Part shown: positions 62,184-64,000 of the stretch, piece by piece | Layout: each line of letters opens with the position of its first letter | Position numbering within the stretch: position 1 is the first letter of the stretch | Origin: Candidatus Eiseniibacteriota bacterium | GTDB lineage: Bacteria > Eisenbacteria > RBG-16-71-46 > JAFGJU01 | Direction of reading: 5' to 3' | Length of the DNA stretch: 64,000 nt | Assembly (NCBI GenBank): GCA_026388185.1 | Contig: JAPLKG010000014.1 | Span: forward strand, 276,319-340,318 | The notes under the pieces: generated by a model | Seen by the model: only the letters and a program-made list of their open reading frames with translations | Told to the model about the DNA's origin: nothing | Database searches by the model: none | Position numbers and translations under genes: made by a program

Positions 62184-62748
62184 CCTCTTTCCCCACCAAC
62201 ATTATCTTTGGAGCGGTCAAGACCTCTTCGATGAAACCGCTCGCGACTCTTTTCTTCGCCCGGTATTCTTGCAGAGAGTAGATTGTTGGGTTGATTTCTC
62301 TCCGGAGTTTTTTCTCCAATTCCGCAATCTTCTCGTTCAACACGGAGATGTTGGGATTCCCGATTATCATCAAATCGATGTCGCTGGTCGCTTTTTCTCG
62401 ACCCGAAGCGAATGATCCATAAATGAAGGCCAGCCTTATGTTCTTGAAAGATGATAACGTTTTTCTTGCTGCCCCTTCAACACCAACAGTCTTAGAGACT
62501 ATGGCCTTCAGTTCCTTGAATAGGGGATGTCTAGTATCGAGAGAGTAGTAAAGCAGGCTTCCGACTCTGTGGGTGACGAATAAGTTATCCCTCTGAAATC
62601 TTAAGAGCTCTCTTCTTATGTTGCCCGCAGAGTAACCCAGGATGCGCTCAAGCTGTCGCAGATAGTATCTCTGGGACGGATTGCTGAAGAAAATGGACAG
62701 CAAGTCTTGTCTAATTCTTGACTTCGTTATATATAGCGTTTCTAACAT
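62173..62748 (-). CDS. HTH-MNT nucleotidyltransferase antitoxin, copy B
   Basis: Near-identical to 55180-55755. Palindromic operator at 62764-62781. Confidence 0.7.
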   Translation of the reverse strand: MLETLYITKSRIRQDLLSIFFSNPSQRYYLRQLERILGYSAGNIRRELLRFQRDNLFVTHRVGSLLYYSLDTRHPLFKELKAIVSKTVGVEGAARKTLSSFKNIRLAFIYGSFASGREKATSDIDLMIIGNPNISVLNEKIAELEKKLRREINPTIYSLQEYRAKKRVASGFIEEVLTAPKIMLVGKEDEL

Positions 62749-63288
62749 CGTCGAACTCCTTTTTGAGTACAATTGTACTCAGTATTGGATACAGCGGCAA
62801 GTCTTATCTAACCCCAGCCTTTGTACCGAAGTGGACTGTGCGACGAGCGTCCAAGGGCGGCATTCCAGATTGCACCACTGTCTGGTATTCGGAAGCCGCG
62901 GTGAGCCCTTCTGGCAATCAAGGCTGGACGACATCTGGCACGATCCGGCCAGGAAGACAGTTTGGAGGCGAGTTTATCCAAGCAGCACACACTTTCGCTG
63001 GTACTCGATCCGGTGACGCCTGATGTCCCAGTTCGCATAGACGACTCGGAAGCACGGGGCAGATTCGCGAGTCTCTTCTGCAGTTCGAATACTGGCACAT
63101 CTGGGGAGCCTGCCGCGGCGACGGGGCCTGTTGCATCCACGCTCGCTCCTGTGACTACCGCCTCGGGCCACCAAAGCAAGAGGAGCCAGCGCTTGGCCAG
63201 TCCATCGGTTGTGCTTAGTCTCTTGCCCAATCAGCAAGAGCCTCTATCTTCGCACACAAAAATACACTTGGTTTGTGCGGTATCTCTA

Positions 63289-64000
63289 TCAGCGCGTCAG
63301 CACTATCTTCCGCGCTTCCTTATGACCCCCGAAGTTGAGCTGAACGAAATACACTCCCGCCGGAAGCTTCGTCCCACGCGCACCCTTTCCATCCCAGTTC
63401 ACCATGTGCTGGCCAGCATCCTCCTCACCATCTCTGAGAACCGCTACCTGCCTACCTGCCACGTCATAAACGACTAACCGCACATGCCCACGCTCTGGCA
63501 ACGTGTACCCCAGGTGCGTCAATGCCTCAAACGGATTCGGCGCACCGCGACCGAGCAACAAGGCACCAGGAACTGCCCCTCCGCCTTCAACACCGACCAC
63601 GGTTCCAGTCCGCACATCCGCCTCCGTCACACAGTTGTACGGCAACGAAAACCACGGGGAACGCGGGAAAAACGGCGAATCCGTCAACGTGCGAAGCCGC
63701 CAGTGATACATTATGTTTGACGTAAGACCAGTCACCACCTTGGAGAGACCCACCACGCTGCCGCCACCTCCAGGAATTCCCGTGTTGTACGCCGAACCCG
63801 TAACGAGCCCGCTACCGTTGAACGGCGTCCCCAGCGGCTTCACCTCGCACTGGAGCCGCACATTGCCACGACCTAAGGGGGTGCGACCCACGGCTTTCAA
63901 GAGGAAACCATCAGCCGAGCCGGACAGACCCAGTAGCGCGATAGGCGCCGAGTCGTCGGTTCGCGCCTGGCGGGCGATGCGATGGAGCCCATCACCTTCG
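63289..64000 (-). CDS. C-terminal part (T9SS sorting domain) of a secreted protein whose start lies beyond the window end
   Basis: NPFEALTHLGYTLPERGHVRLVVYDVAGRQVAVLRDGEEDAGQHMVNWDGKGARGTKLPAGVYFVQLNFGGHKEARKIVLTR is a textbook T9SS CTD. The reading frame stays open to position 64000. Confidence 0.65.
   Translation of the reverse strand, partial: EGDGLHRIARQARTDDSAPIALLGLSGSADGFLLKAVGRTPLGRGNVRLQCEVKPLGTPFNGSGLVTGSAYNTGIPGGGGSVVGLSKVVTGLTSNIMYHWRLRTLTDSPFFPRSPWFSLPYNCVTEADVRTGTVVGVEGGGAVPGALLLGRGAPNPFEALTHLGYTLPERGHVRLVVYDVAGRQVAVLRDGEEDAGQHMVNWDGKGARGTKLPAGVYFVQLNFGGHKEARKIVLTR

Larger units (their letters stand above)
61610..63110. repeat. About 1.5-kb direct repeat unit B (see unit A)
   Basis: See 54625-56110. 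Confidence 0.75.

Noticed and set aside
1-64000. CRISPR arrays, rRNA genes, integrases, transposases
   Set aside because: No regularly spaced short direct repeats, no rRNA-like conserved stretches, and no tyrosine or serine recombinase or DDE transposase motifs were seen in any long ORF. The island's mobility genes, if any, lie outside the window.

Overview
High-GC (about 58%) bacterial contig. Three cargo proteins carry T9SS C-terminal sorting domains, and the LexA box is of the Fibrobacteres type, which together point to the FCB superphylum. Most of the window is ordinary chromosome: a sulfur-relay operon iscS-dsrE-tusA with an appended FtsH-like pseudo-ATPase, a NikR-regulated Ni/Co ECF transporter (cbiM, PDGLE, cbiQ, cbiO), a sensor kinase with a sigma54 response regulator, nadE, cvpA, thiL, cdaA, folP, folE, ftsH, tilS, a tRNA(CAT), guaB, a PHP histidinol phosphatase, and outer membrane beta-barrels. 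Two regions stand out. (1) A LexA-controlled SOS locus, lexA - small orf - dinB, runs without a terminator into a pair of poorly understood genes: a SAM-methyltransferase-like 'three-Cys-motif partner' (TcmP-like) translationally coupled to a DUF5131/Gp37-Gp68 three-Cys-motif protein. A DUF72-mrfA-mrfB crosslink-repair operon follows. (2) An accessory island at about 54.4-63.3 kb holds two near-identical 1.5-kb HEPN-MNT toxin-antitoxin modules, a DUF4143 AAA ATPase, a Doc-HTH toxin-antitoxin pair, an AbiEi-like protein and an AT-rich segment, all delimited by a recurring tRNA-T-arm-like boundary motif. Other points of interest are a frameshifted giant secreted HEXXH/beta-helix T9SS cargo protein, an IPTL-CTERM-like sorted protein behind a candidate sigma54 promoter, a 21-bp x4 tandem repeat inside a QueG-like Fe-S protein, and a possible structured RNA in the intergenic region at 40.3 kb. 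No rRNA or CRISPR was seen. All calls are from manual reading of the sequence and the supplied ORF track. No database search was run.
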